Of a DNA stretch of 64,000 bases, positions 39,396 through 49,449 are shown in pieces (the first letter of the stretch is position 1; every line of letters starts with the position of its first letter). Origin of the DNA: a virus. Taxonomy: Duplodnaviria > Caudoviricetes. The notes beneath the pieces were generated by a model, which saw nothing but the letters and a program-made list of their open reading frames with translations, searched no databases and was not told the origin of the DNA. The stretch covers positions 32,001 to 96,000 of IMG/VR virus record IMGVR_UViG_3300009868_000001. One strand, given 5' to 3'. The position numbers were made by a program, and so were the translations under genes.

Positions 39396-39438
39396 CCCTT
39401 ATGCTTTCTTTTTATTTATAAAGAAAGCAATAGAATCA

Positions 39439-39894
39439 CTAGTCACTAGACTTACCGATGCTTATTGAGTATTTAAAGTTATCTTTATTTAGGGACTGAC
39501 CCATGCTTATGTCTACTGAGTCAATGTAGAATGGTAGGTTTTTAAGCTCAACCGTCACAAACTCGTCTTGGTTTGAAAAATCAGTCTCCTTAAATTCAAA
39601 GGTCTCATCAGTTGATATATCTCCTGACTCTGAGTGATATGTTGTTACTTTAATTGAAAAGGATATTTCCTTGATCTGGACATACATTCCAGATATTCCA
39701 TTTTTGCTGGATTCAATCTTAACTGAAAACTTAATGTTAAAGTCTAGGAGCTCAGTCTCAGTGTCATCGTCTCCTGGTCCGTCATATAAGAAAACATCAA
39801 ACGATTTTCTAGAGTTAGTGCTTGAGTCGAAAAAATCTAACTCTAGATCATTCGTTCCAAAGTTTTCAAAAAGAACTATTTGATTGTTTCTCAT
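39439..39894 (-). CDS. Hypothetical late protein
   Basis: N-terminal IVLFENF motif; in a late operon. Confidence 0.6.
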   Translation of the reverse strand: MRNNQIVLFENFGTNDLELDFFDSSTNSRKSFDVFLYDGPGDDDTETELLDFNIKFSVKIESSKNGISGMYVQIKEISFSIKVTTYHSESGDISTDETFEFKETDFSNQDEFVTVELKNLPFYIDSVDISMGQSLNKDNFKYSISIGKSSD

Positions 39895-41360
39895 GACCTT
39901 TTTCTTCTCTTATACTTTTTCTTAACATTGCCATCAAACTTATCCCCAGAACCATCGGAAGTCGGTGTAGGTGGAGTTATAGGTCCCATTGAAGAGACAG
40001 ACGACGGGGTTTGCATGGCTAAACCTGGGGCTCCTTCTTCGTTTAAGTATTTGTCTTTATAAATTGAATGAACGTGAGAGTGAGCTTTAATTTTACCTTC
40101 TTTACCTCCTATTGCATTTCCAATTGCACCTGCCGCTTTGTGAACTACTGGTGCTGAGAAATGTTTAATCGTATCTCCAAGTTTCACCATTGCTTTATCC
40201 ATCTCGGTATCTCTAAGAGAAGGCATGAGTTTTCCAAGTTTGTCGAAGAAATCATGGACTCTCTTTAAGAAGGACGTCTCAGCTATTTGTTTAGCCGTCA
40301 CTGGAAGGTCAACTCTTTCAAACAAAGGTAACCTCTTTTCAAAAACAAACTTAATTCCTTTATTATCAGCTAACGTTGTTTTCTTAAGTTCAAGATGTCC
40401 TTGAGCTTCAGCAACAGCTTCTGTTAGTTTCTTTGTAAGGTGAGTGACAACAGTCTCACTAAACACTCGACCTGTGCTTGTTATCATTGTTACAATCTTC
40501 TTAACTTCGTCATCAAAGGTCTTAGGATCGTTCCATGTCCTTAGTTTTTCAATTCTTTCTAAGACACTTAGATATTGATAGTCTACTTCTTCGATTGATT
40601 TGTAATACTTGTGATAGCGTTCGCTTTGTCCTCCGTTTTTAATAAAATCATCAAAGATACTGCCTGCATAGAATTTGGTCTTTCTCTTAGTAGTCTCATC
40701 TCTTGTGTTGTCTCCAATTTTATTTAGAGCTAATGCAACTGCTGCTGATTTAATTGTAATGTTTTCCTGCTCTTTTTCAGGTTTTTGTTGAATTCCTGGA
40801 AAGAGTGATTTTATTTGATCTGACGAGTTCTTCGAAAAAACCACTAAATTATTATTGGTTTCTCTTTCCTTAACGTTTAGTTCGTCATACAGGCCCTTTA
40901 AGACTCCGTTGCTAAATGGATCTTTTCCCTTTTGTCTAACCAATTCATTAATCTTCTTATAGATTGCCTGAAGGGTTTGTAACCTTTCAGCAAGCATTAT
41001 AATGTCTTTTGAAATCTGAGCTGAGTTTATTCGTTGACTTGCATGTCCAGTCTTAACATAATTGTCGAAATCTGCAAGTTTTTTCTCAAGTCGACTCTTT
41101 GTAAACTTAACGTAAGCTAATACGTTTTTCAGGGTCTTTTCGTCCAAAAATGCAGCAAGACCTGGACTTAAGTCGTGGAGATCTAAAACTATTTTAAGTC
41201 TCTGTTTCTCATTTTCAATCATAATATCGAGAAACTTGTCCATTGATTCTATCCATGAAGAAGAATCTGCTTGGACGACGTCTAACACAGCATTATTAAT
41301 CTGAACTAATTCAGATTCGATTATAAGTTTTTCGAAAGTTTCTAGCCTTTTTACTATCAT
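39891..41360 (-). CDS. Hypothetical alpha-helical late protein, probably an internal virion protein
   Basis: N-terminal LETFEKLIIES; YLNEE near the C-terminus. Confidence 0.6.
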   Translation of the reverse strand: MIVKRLETFEKLIIESELVQINNAVLDVVQADSSSWIESMDKFLDIMIENEKQRLKIVLDLHDLSPGLAAFLDEKTLKNVLAYVKFTKSRLEKKLADFDNYVKTGHASQRINSAQISKDIIMLAERLQTLQAIYKKINELVRQKGKDPFSNGVLKGLYDELNVKERETNNNLVVFSKNSSDQIKSLFPGIQQKPEKEQENITIKSAAVALALNKIGDNTRDETTKRKTKFYAGSIFDDFIKNGGQSERYHKYYKSIEEVDYQYLSVLERIEKLRTWNDPKTFDDEVKKIVTMITSTGRVFSETVVTHLTKKLTEAVAEAQGHLELKKTTLADNKGIKFVFEKRLPLFERVDLPVTAKQIAETSFLKRVHDFFDKLGKLMPSLRDTEMDKAMVKLGDTIKHFSAPVVHKAAGAIGNAIGGKEGKIKAHSHVHSIYKDKYLNEEGAPGLAMQTPSSVSSMGPITPPTPTSDGSGDKFDGNVKKKYKRRKRS

Positions 41361-41533
41361 TTCCTATAATTTGTTTCTTGCCATTCGTTGAAGCTAGAAA
41401 CCTTCTTTAGATGGCTTTTAACGAAGTCAAATGCAGAGTCTCCTGTTGGGTGAGGTAGAACACCAAATTTTAGCTTTTCCTTTCCTTTAATGTAATTGCG
41501 ATAGTTTGTATCGCCACGTTCACTTTTTTTCAC
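41357..41533 (-). CDS. 58-aa late protein absent from the ORF track
   Basis: GTG start about 16 nt after TATAAATA (41550-41557): VKKSERGDTNYRNYIKGKEKLKFGVLPHPTGDSAFDFVKSHLKKVSSFNEWQETNYRK*. It overlaps the next gene at ATGA. Confidence 0.7.
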   Translation of the reverse strand: MKKSERGDTNYRNYIKGKEKLKFGVLPHPTGDSAFDFVKSHLKKVSSFNEWQETNYRK

Positions 41534-41563
41534 AGGAGTTCCTTTTTTCTATTTATAGAGGAA

Positions 41564-44434
41564 CTATTGGCGGTTGACGTGAATTCTGAAGGATGCATGT
41601 CTTGTGTCAGACCAGCTTAATCCTGAATCGGGGGAAATGAACTTTTTAAAGTCCTGATATGATATGTTTTCAGGTATGTATACTATAGAATTATTGTTCT
41701 TTAATCTTGTCCCAATACCTATCATTCCCTTAAACCCATCGACTTTAGCATAATACTTAAAGTTTGCATAAAGGACTGAATTAATTAACTCTTTAGAATC
41801 TTCATCGACCAACACGCTTGAATCAAAAGCATCAATTGTCTTTTCAAATATTAAATCGGTCGTTTCTGGAACATGAAAAAGGTGGTTAGAAAACATATCT
41901 GCAAACCAAGTTGCAAACTCGTCTAAAGACACTCCCTGTTTTTCTAGCATTTCCTTGACTGTCATCCAGTTCTTCATGTTTTCAAGATTGATATTAAGAC
42001 CGTTTTCTCCAATGCTTAATATGAATGTTTGAACACTCTCATTAATGTTATGTTTCTTTATTAAGTCTAACACACGTGAAAGAAGGACTTCCTTTCCAGA
42101 AACAAACGAGTTTTCTCCGTTTTTTCTACTTGATGACAGTCTACCCTTGTCTTTTTTTACTTCAATTGAAGATTCATTTATCATTATGTCTCCGACCTTA
42201 GCCTTTAGTCCTCCTTTAAAAAGAAGAGCAATTGCTTCTCCTAGACCCTTCCCTATACCTGGTTCTTGATAATGAACTATTGTGTCTATTATTTCCTCAT
42301 TTAGACCAGATTGGTTTAAATCAATAACATTTGGTTTTTCAAGGTCTATTGAAAGGCCTTCGTTTTCAAATAAAAAGGTCTTAAATTTTTCGACCTCTTC
42401 TTCAGGTAGATTTAATCTACTTATTGCTTTTGCTAAATCATGTGCAGCTTTTGCTGAATACCCACGTTCAATAATAGATTCCTTTATTTGAGTAAGTGTC
42501 TTATTGAGATTAAAGGTTACGAGGTTTCTTGTAAAATTTTCAAGAAGCTGATCGACTGCTTCTGTCTTTTCTTGACCCTTTAAACCTGAAAGAAAGTTTA
42601 TAGTCGAATCTATTTTAGCTTCATCGTATTTTGTAGACTCAGAAAGAACTTCTGACTGAAACTTAGGAGCGATTGCAACGAAACCGGAATAGACAGCCCT
42701 AGGGACAAGCTTTTTAAATGAAGAGTAATCGTTTGCTTTTAAAGCAGATCTTACCTCCTCAGTGATAGTTGAAACTGGCGCTTCTAGGAGTTGAAATTCT
42801 TTTCGTATGTTATAGTTTAATGCTTTTCTTCTTGCATGTTCTAACTGTAATGCATAGTCCCTCAATCTGTTTGTTGTTGTTGCAAGAAACAGAGGGTCAT
42901 AATCAGGTCTAATTGCTTTAAGTATCTCAGAGATTATTCCCTTATTGATGACTCGGCAGTCACATATGATTTCCTTATATTCCTTGACAACTTTGTTAAG
43001 TATGTCTTGGACCTCTTTTGCTGGGATTGGGTTCTTTGAATTTGGCTTGTCTGGAGCAATTGCAATTAATACTACAGGATGTCCGTTCTTTTTCTTAAGA
43101 GTCATTGCAGTCTCTATGTGCCCATTATGTAATGGTTGGAAATCAGAGACCAAGAGGTTTACTTTTTCTGATTTTTTCTTGCCTTCTCTTATGTCAAACT
43201 GAGAAAAATAGTTAGCATCACTGACTCCACCTATAAATTCATTGAAGGTTGGAAAATAACCTTCAAATATTGATTCTTTAGAAATGACCCGTTGGATCTT
43301 ATCAATCTGAGAGTTTAGGTGTTGTACCATACTTTCACTAAAGAAGTTTGAATTGACCTTGTCTTTTTTCTTTCTAAAGACATTTAAGGCTATTCGATAG
43401 ACCTCTTTGAATGTTTCATTTTGATTGATAAACTTAATGACCTGTGGGTCCTTAATGAGGTCGTAGTTCACATTAAACTCGTCCTTCTTCAGGTATTCAG
43501 GAATACTGATGTTTATCTCTCTATATTTATTGCCATATTTATTGATGAACCTCTTATAAATTTCATTTAACAATGAAACGTATTTCTGGTCATAATTCTC
43601 TCCCTTTAACTCTATTGATGTTAATTCAGGATACGAATAGCTCTCAATGAAATTCATTATGTCGGAAACAGTCAACCATACATAATCATCAGACTTCTTT
43701 CCCTTTGTCTGAGGCCTACTAAAGCTTTCAGAGTTAAAGCTTGGATCTACTAGTTTAGTTACATAGAAAGTAGAAGGTTCAGTTCCAACCGATTCGTAAA
43801 ACCTAAAAACGACCGAATCGAAGTCCTTGTCACCCGACTCATATATTGCCATTTTATCTGGGCTAAGAGTCTTTACGATATGTTTTGAGAAAGACAATGA
43901 TTTATATTTGTCGGTCAGTTCTGAGAACGGAGTAAAAACAAATTCAAGTATTCCCTGTTTCTGCTCTTCGCTTAAGTTTCCTTGAAAAAGAATGGGAGGT
44001 TCCGCCACCTCAAGGGCTTTTGCCCAATCTGTCAATATTTTTCTGTCATGAACCATTCTAACAGATTTTCCGGTTTCGTTTAACCTGTTGATATAGCTAA
44101 GAGAAAGTATGTTGTTTAATGGTCTGTCTTTTCCTGGAAAATATTCGAATCCGACTACAATATTGTCTGGGAGGTTAATTCCCTTTTCAGACAATGCAGC
44201 TATCCGTGCATCCATATGTATTATTGCAGGTTCGTAAAACTTGCTCAACACACGGTGCATGTATGTTATTGGTTCGTCTTTCTTGTAATACTCAATCTTA
44301 CCCTTTTCCTTTTTTAATGAAAAAGCTGAACCATCGAGTTTCTCGCTGACTATCACATACTTGGAAAGAAGGTCCTTAATGAACTCTTCACCCTTCCTTT
44401 CATATATTTCACGTAAATGAGTGATTCCGGCCAT
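41564..44434 (-). CDS. Multidomain protein: ligase-type nucleotidyltransferase + HxGH cytidylyltransferase-like + PD-(D/E)xK nuclease-like
   Basis: SEKLDGS; DFQPLHNGH...KNP...EVRSAL...FKKLVP; GIGKGLGE...GD...IEVK. Confidence 0.7.
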   Translation of the reverse strand: MAGITHLREIYERKGEEFIKDLLSKYVIVSEKLDGSAFSLKKEKGKIEYYKKDEPITYMHRVLSKFYEPAIIHMDARIAALSEKGINLPDNIVVGFEYFPGKDRPLNNILSLSYINRLNETGKSVRMVHDRKILTDWAKALEVAEPPILFQGNLSEEQKQGILEFVFTPFSELTDKYKSLSFSKHIVKTLSPDKMAIYESGDKDFDSVVFRFYESVGTEPSTFYVTKLVDPSFNSESFSRPQTKGKKSDDYVWLTVSDIMNFIESYSYPELTSIELKGENYDQKYVSLLNEIYKRFINKYGNKYREINISIPEYLKKDEFNVNYDLIKDPQVIKFINQNETFKEVYRIALNVFRKKKDKVNSNFFSESMVQHLNSQIDKIQRVISKESIFEGYFPTFNEFIGGVSDANYFSQFDIREGKKKSEKVNLLVSDFQPLHNGHIETAMTLKKKNGHPVVLIAIAPDKPNSKNPIPAKEVQDILNKVVKEYKEIICDCRVINKGIISEILKAIRPDYDPLFLATTTNRLRDYALQLEHARRKALNYNIRKEFQLLEAPVSTITEEVRSALKANDYSSFKKLVPRAVYSGFVAIAPKFQSEVLSESTKYDEAKIDSTINFLSGLKGQEKTEAVDQLLENFTRNLVTFNLNKTLTQIKESIIERGYSAKAAHDLAKAISRLNLPEEEVEKFKTFLFENEGLSIDLEKPNVIDLNQSGLNEEIIDTIVHYQEPGIGKGLGEAIALLFKGGLKAKVGDIMINESSIEVKKDKGRLSSSRKNGENSFVSGKEVLLSRVLDLIKKHNINESVQTFILSIGENGLNINLENMKNWMTVKEMLEKQGVSLDEFATWFADMFSNHLFHVPETTDLIFEKTIDAFDSSVLVDEDSKELINSVLYANFKYYAKVDGFKGMIGIGTRLKNNNSIVYIPENISYQDFKKFISPDSGLSWSDTRHASFRIHVNRQ

Positions 44435-44446
44435 AGATTAAATTTT

Positions 44447-45082
44447 TTAGTCAAGGCTTCCTTGTTCGCCGCTTGACATTGATTCTGCATGTTCATCTGA
44501 TGACTTACTCTCAAGGCTAATTGAGACGCTCTTTAGAAGACCTGCATCGTCTGGGTTTGCTTGAAAATATTTAACAAGTTGACCTAAATCGATGAACTTA
44601 TACTTTTCGTAATTGACTCCAGCTCGTTTGAATTTCTTTTCAACTGCACTTCCGCTTTGATAATCATTCCAACCAAGATTCCAACAATAGAATTTTACTC
44701 CTTCGTTCTTCTTTGAATAATAATGAACGTGATCTTCTATTTTTTGGATTGCTTTTTCAATGTTACCGTATGCTGTTCCATGACCGTTAACATCAGACGG
44801 AACACCAATAGAAAGCTTGTCACTTGTTACTTCGACTAATGATTTCAATTGGGTTATTATTTCTTGTGCATTGCTATCACCAACTTCAACCGGTTGATCT
44901 GTCTGTTCTTCCCCGTTTGGTTGGGTTTGAGGCTGTTCCTGTGGAGTAGTCTGTGGGTCTACTGTTGGTGTAGTTCCTGCATCAGGTTGAACATTAGCAG
45001 ACGAATCAGGCACAAATGTTTGTTCTTCTTCCTCGTTTATAAACTGAGAGAAGGTTGAAATTTGCCATTTTTTAGTGGACAT
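44447..45082 (-). CDS. Late protein with a capsid-targeting-like N-terminus
   Basis: ISTFSQFINEE, a Q/P/T-rich linker, ATAAATA at 45103-45109. Confidence 0.6.
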   Translation of the reverse strand: MSTKKWQISTFSQFINEEEEQTFVPDSSANVQPDAGTTPTVDPQTTPQEQPQTQPNGEEQTDQPVEVGDSNAQEIITQLKSLVEVTSDKLSIGVPSDVNGHGTAYGNIEKAIQKIEDHVHYYSKKNEGVKFYCWNLGWNDYQSGSAVEKKFKRAGVNYEKYKFIDLGQLVKYFQANPDDAGLLKSVSISLESKSSDEHAESMSSGEQGSLD

Positions 45083-45108
45083 ACTCTTTAAAAGCTTTTT
45101 GTTATTTA

Positions 45109-45702
45109 TTAAGAATGGGCCACAAATGAGTCTATAGTTGCAGTAAACTTAGAAATGCTATCTTCGTCAAACACATTGTCTATAATAACAAGCTCATTAT
45201 TTCTAACAGAATCAGATAGGTGATCTTTACCTGCTTCAATCAGTTCTGACATAATGTGCCATTCTTCTAAATTATTAGAACCATCCCAACTGTCTTTAAC
45301 TCTACTTGAAATTCCAAGTGAATTATGACGTATTACAATTGTTTTACTGTCTCTAAAAAGAGGAGAACCTATTAGCTTTAAAAATTCTTCAGTTGCCTTT
45401 TCCTTGGTCAAACGTTTTCTGAGTATTGCCCAAGTGTATGCTGATATTATTGCTCTATCGAAAACAATCGGAAGGTTTAGCTTGTTTTCAACGTTCATTT
45501 CCATTATGGTCATGATGTTTCCTAAACTAAAATAATGTAATGCTGGTGAATCTTCAATCCATTCGAGTCCTAGAGTTTTAAAATGGTTCGCAAAATAGAA
45601 CTTATAATATTCGATCGTGTCTTTTTTTGACGACCTATCGAAATATTTTGTCAATAAAAAAGTCTTTCCACAGTTTCTTGGGCCTTCAATATATGTTATC
45701 AT
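45109..45702 (-). CDS. dNMP/thymidylate kinase-like P-loop kinase
   Basis: IEGPRNCGKT, FDRAIIS. Confidence 0.7.
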   Translation of the reverse strand: MITYIEGPRNCGKTFLLTKYFDRSSKKDTIEYYKFYFANHFKTLGLEWIEDSPALHYFSLGNIMTIMEMNVENKLNLPIVFDRAIISAYTWAILRKRLTKEKATEEFLKLIGSPLFRDSKTIVIRHNSLGISSRVKDSWDGSNNLEEWHIMSELIEAGKDHLSDSVRNNELVIIDNVFDEDSISKFTATIDSFVAHS

Positions 45703-46271
45703 CCTACGTCTTTAACTGATTTGTCTTTTGTTGTGATAATTATTCTATCATGGTCATAGACGATAGGTTCACCTATTCTCATAATCTTTGAGTTGTCAAT
45801 ATAGAATAAATCAAGGCCAAGCCCATAGTCTCCTAAGTGTTCGTATTTTTCCTGAGCATAAGTTACATAACTATGTAACTCTGATAGAGAATCATCAAAT
45901 GCTCTAACTCGGTTTGCTTCGTATTTTTTAACAAGTTCAGACATTATTCGTCCCTTTTTATCCATTCGACCCAACATAAACAGTTCGTCGAAACTTAGGT
46001 TAAAGTGATCGAATATTGTTAAAATTTCGTTTTTAAGGGTTTCTACCCTCTGTGTTATTAAAAATACAAGCTCTCCTTTTTTAGACCTTTCTCTAACATC
46101 ATTTGCGACGTTTTCTATGCAATAAATGTTAAACCTATTTAAGTCTAACGAATCTGGAGAGTCATACCAATGATAGAGTTCCCTTTCATGATCGTTATGG
46201 CTTTGGTGATCTGGTGTTCGTATTAGACATCTGTCAAAATCGTACACATTTATAGTCTTATTCGTTTCCAT
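45699..46271 (-). CDS. HAD-family phosphatase
   Basis: YDFDRCL, LITQR, K, AFDD. Confidence 0.7.
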   Translation of the reverse strand: METNKTINVYDFDRCLIRTPDHQSHNDHERELYHWYDSPDSLDLNRFNIYCIENVANDVRERSKKGELVFLITQRVETLKNEILTIFDHFNLSFDELFMLGRMDKKGRIMSELVKKYEANRVRAFDDSLSELHSYVTYAQEKYEHLGDYGLGLDLFYIDNSKIMRIGEPIVYDHDRIIITTKDKSVKDVG

Positions 46272-46276
46272 ACAAT

Positions 46277-46305
46277 CTTATACTTGGAATAAATAAAAAA
46301 GTTTA
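46277..46305. promoter_or_regulatory. Overlapping divergent promoters: minus-strand TAAAC-N17-GTATAAG and plus-strand ATAAATA (46289-46295)
   Basis: Both motif classes fall within about 30 bp between divergent genes. Confidence 0.6.
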
Positions 46306-46766
46306 TGGCTTACTACAGAAAGACACAACAGTATCCGGGAAATAGATACACCCTTATTCGAGACAGCGTTCAACAGAAAAAGCCGTTTCTGATTTATAAT
46401 TTCAGAGACCCCAATCAATATAAGGCATTTCTGTATGACCTTGACAAATACGGTAAGCTGAATTATGTGTTGCAAACAATTCATTCATTTGATAACACAT
46501 TTCAGAGAAACTTTCAACAACCTAGCATCTTCGTGACAAATGAAGACACAAATGTTTCATTAGAAGAATTTAAGAAAATTGCAATAGGATCGCTGGAGCA
46601 CTATAGATTAGATTCAGTTATATGTTTGTTTGAAGGAAAGGTTGCAATCTTTTATAAGAACGGTGAACATAAAATCATAGGTTCTGAAATTTTCACAACG
46701 TTTGACAAGAACGAATTTAGTGGAGATTACTATCAAATAGGCTCAAACTATTACACTTTTGCCTAA
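46305..46766 (+). CDS. Hypothetical protein (late promoter)
   Basis: Clean ORF preceded by ATAAATA. Confidence 0.6.
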   Translation: MAYYRKTQQYPGNRYTLIRDSVQQKKPFLIYNFRDPNQYKAFLYDLDKYGKLNYVLQTIHSFDNTFQRNFQQPSIFVTNEDTNVSLEEFKKIAIGSLEHYRLDSVICLFEGKVAIFYKNGEHKIIGSEIFTTFDKNEFSGDYYQIGSNYYTFA

Positions 46767-46791
46767 ACTTCTTAACAATTCTTAGTAAAAT
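46764..46791 (+). promoter_or_regulatory. Putative early/middle promoter TAAAC-N16-GTAAAAT
   Basis: Recurrent motif upstream of uvsY-uvsW. Confidence 0.55.
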
Positions 46792-46796
46792 ATTTT

Positions 46797-47243
46797 ATGG
46801 CAGAAACACCTGAAAAAAAGAAAGACTTACTTGAGGTTTTTGAAGAACAGAGAGTATCTATATCTAAGGAGATTAGAGCTGGAGCAAAACTCTTTGAAGA
46901 TTCAAAAAACATTCCTGAGATCCAGGTAAAGTTTTTATCCCTGAGACAGAGACTCGTTGAGGATAATCACTCATTAATGGAACACTTCAATCGACTTAAG
47001 AAAAGGTTTCGAGATTTAAAGGGTGAAGAATGGGTTAATGTTTCAACTAATGGAAACTATAGGTATCAATCCTCTGAAAAGGGGGTAGTTGTTGAGTCTC
47101 AACCGAATGTATCTGAACTTAAATTAAAGATGGACCAGGTTGAAAATCACATAGATTTCTATGTTGAATCGATAAAGACGGTTGACAATGTCTTGTTTGG
47201 ATTAAGAGTTCGACTTGAGGTTGACAAAATGTTTGAAGTTTAA
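46797..47243 (+). CDS. uvsY: UvsY-like recombination mediator
   Basis: Helical protein of ~150 aa directly upstream of UvsW; C-terminal IDFYVESIKTVDN. Confidence 0.55.
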   Translation: MAETPEKKKDLLEVFEEQRVSISKEIRAGAKLFEDSKNIPEIQVKFLSLRQRLVEDNHSLMEHFNRLKKRFRDLKGEEWVNVSTNGNYRYQSSEKGVVVESQPNVSELKLKMDQVENHIDFYVESIKTVDNVLFGLRVRLEVDKMFEV

Positions 47244-47259
47244 AAAGTCATAAAATGAA

Positions 47260-48834
47260 TTGCTTAGGTTTGAACTTTCACAAGATCAAAAGCATTTTGA
47301 GCTTAAGCGCTACGACCTTAGGTCTGAGTTAAATTCCCTGCGTTTATATTTTAGAAAGAAAAAGAGTTCTCAATACTCTCCCTTTGCCAGAAGGAAACAG
47401 TCTGCATCTTATCATTCGTTTATAACACAAGACAACAAAATTGGTTCCGGTCTTTGGAAGGAAATTATCAAATTTTCCAAAAAGTCTGGATTCGATGTTG
47501 ATATTGATGGAATCGAAGACCTTGTTAATTTTGAAATTACTAAGGAGAAGATTGAAAAGTTTTCACAGGTATTATTGGATGGTTGTCCGAGCGTACCTGA
47601 ATTAAGACCCTATCAACTTGAAGCGGCTTATCGCGGCCTTAAATATAAGATGTGTACGCAGGAACTTGCAACATCCGGCGGAAAGACAGTTATCTTTTAC
47701 ATTTATTTGGCATACCTTAAAAGGAAAGGATTTATATCCAAGGATAAAAAAGCAATCCTAATAGTTCCAAACATAAAACTGGTTACCCAAACAAACGCAG
47801 CCTTTAAGGATGAATACCACACAGGTCTGATTGATTTTGATATAATGATGTTAGGTGGAGATCATAGCTTTAAACAAAAAAAGTTTGATGACTGTGAATT
47901 GCTTATAACGACATACCAAAGCCTTGGTGACAGACCTAAAGAGTTTTTCTCAAATTTTAATGTTGTCTGTATAGATGAATGTCATTTTACCAGAGGTAAG
48001 ACGATACAGTCTGTTCTTGACTATTCTAAGAATGCAAAATATAAAATGGGACTTTCCGGAACCATAAAGATTAAAGAAGACCATTTAGATTTTTTTAAGA
48101 TTCAGGAAAAGCTGGGTCCTCTCATGTTAACTGTTTCTGCCAAACACTTACAAGAAAATAAGTATTCAGCAGACGTCGACATACGGGTTATTAACTTGAT
48201 ATATGAGATTGATGATTTTATAAGAAGATACACAGAACTCAAGGAATCTGTAAAGGATAACTTCGATGCTAGGGCATCTATGGGTAAGGAGCTTTACGCC
48301 ATGGAAAAAGCTTATATTATTGCATCAGAGAGCAGACTAGATTATATTTCTGAAATGACTAAGAAGCTTTCTGGAGGTAACACTTTAATCTTGTTTATAG
48401 ACATAAAGAACAAGTATGGTTCTCGTCTGCATGAAAAGATAAGTAAATGGAACCAGCACTGTTATTACATAGATGGTGCGGTAAAAGAAGGTCAGAGATC
48501 TGAATATCAAAATATCATGGAATCAAACAAGGGCGTAGTCCTTGTTGCGTCATATGGGACGTTCTCTACAGGTATTAACCTTAAAAATTTAGATTACATA
48601 ATCTTCGCAGAAAGTTATAAGTCTGAAATAATAGTAAGACAGTCAATTGGACGTGGAATGCGTCTTATTAAGGATAAGACCAAGGTGATCGTGTTTGACA
48701 TAGTCGACGTTCTTTTAGAAGGAGAAACTTCGTGGATGAAGAACACCGTCCTTAAACATTCGCTTGAAAGAATCAAAATTTACAAGAAACAAGGTTGGCC
48801 TGTTCGTTCCTTTAGGATTCCAGTATTAAACTGA
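47260..48834 (+). CDS. uvsW: UvsW-like SF2 helicase
   Basis: RPYQ, ATSGGKT, DECH, GLSGT, YGTFSTGIN, QSIGRGMR. Confidence 0.9.
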   Translation: MLRFELSQDQKHFELKRYDLRSELNSLRLYFRKKKSSQYSPFARRKQSASYHSFITQDNKIGSGLWKEIIKFSKKSGFDVDIDGIEDLVNFEITKEKIEKFSQVLLDGCPSVPELRPYQLEAAYRGLKYKMCTQELATSGGKTVIFYIYLAYLKRKGFISKDKKAILIVPNIKLVTQTNAAFKDEYHTGLIDFDIMMLGGDHSFKQKKFDDCELLITTYQSLGDRPKEFFSNFNVVCIDECHFTRGKTIQSVLDYSKNAKYKMGLSGTIKIKEDHLDFFKIQEKLGPLMLTVSAKHLQENKYSADVDIRVINLIYEIDDFIRRYTELKESVKDNFDARASMGKELYAMEKAYIIASESRLDYISEMTKKLSGGNTLILFIDIKNKYGSRLHEKISKWNQHCYYIDGAVKEGQRSEYQNIMESNKGVVLVASYGTFSTGINLKNLDYIIFAESYKSEIIVRQSIGRGMRLIKDKTKVIVFDIVDVLLEGETSWMKNTVLKHSLERIKIYKKQGWPVRSFRIPVLN

Positions 48835-49425
48835 TAGTTTACTTGCAATTATTATTCCAAGCATTACCTTAGTGTAAAAGAAGTGAAAATCATAGTAGGC
48901 GTTCAAAGTTTTATACTCTTCATCAGATAAAATAACCACTCCTTTGTTTGAAGTTAACCTATTTAGGTTTGAAATAAACTTAGTAGTGTCTTTGACTCCA
49001 TAGTGGTCTATTAAACCGAGCAGGACGTCGCTGAACACTAAAAAGCTAATAGTTGCTTTTCCGTCGTTTATCTTAACTAACCACTCTAAACACTTCCTCA
49101 TAAAGTTTCTCTTCTCAATTAGATCAGTTGAGATTACAGCGTCCCTTAATATAGAGTGTATTTGGTCAAGATCAGTTATCTTTTCAGATATTTTAGACAT
49201 CCATTCTAACTCAGAATCATAGGTTACTATGCTAAATTTATGACTTTTAGAATCGGTAAAGGCGAATGTCACCAGATCTATATTAGTCCTTTGTGAATCT
49301 TCATCATCCATGTTCATAATAGATATTTCCGACCCATTTATAGAGAATTCCTGAAAGGGAAAGTCCTTTAAAAAGGGAAACTTTTTGAGAACTCGTTCGT
49401 CTTGTGTTATTGTTTCCATGTTCAT
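48826..49425 (-). CDS. Hypothetical protein (late promoter)
   Basis: ATAAATA at 49429-49435. Confidence 0.6.
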   Translation of the reverse strand: MNMETITQDERVLKKFPFLKDFPFQEFSINGSEISIMNMDDEDSQRTNIDLVTFAFTDSKSHKFSIVTYDSELEWMSKISEKITDLDQIHSILRDAVISTDLIEKRNFMRKCLEWLVKINDGKATISFLVFSDVLLGLIDHYGVKDTTKFISNLNRLTSNKGVVILSDEEYKTLNAYYDFHFFYTKVMLGIIIASKLSV

Positions 49426-49449
49426 TTCTATTTATTTTACTACGACCAA

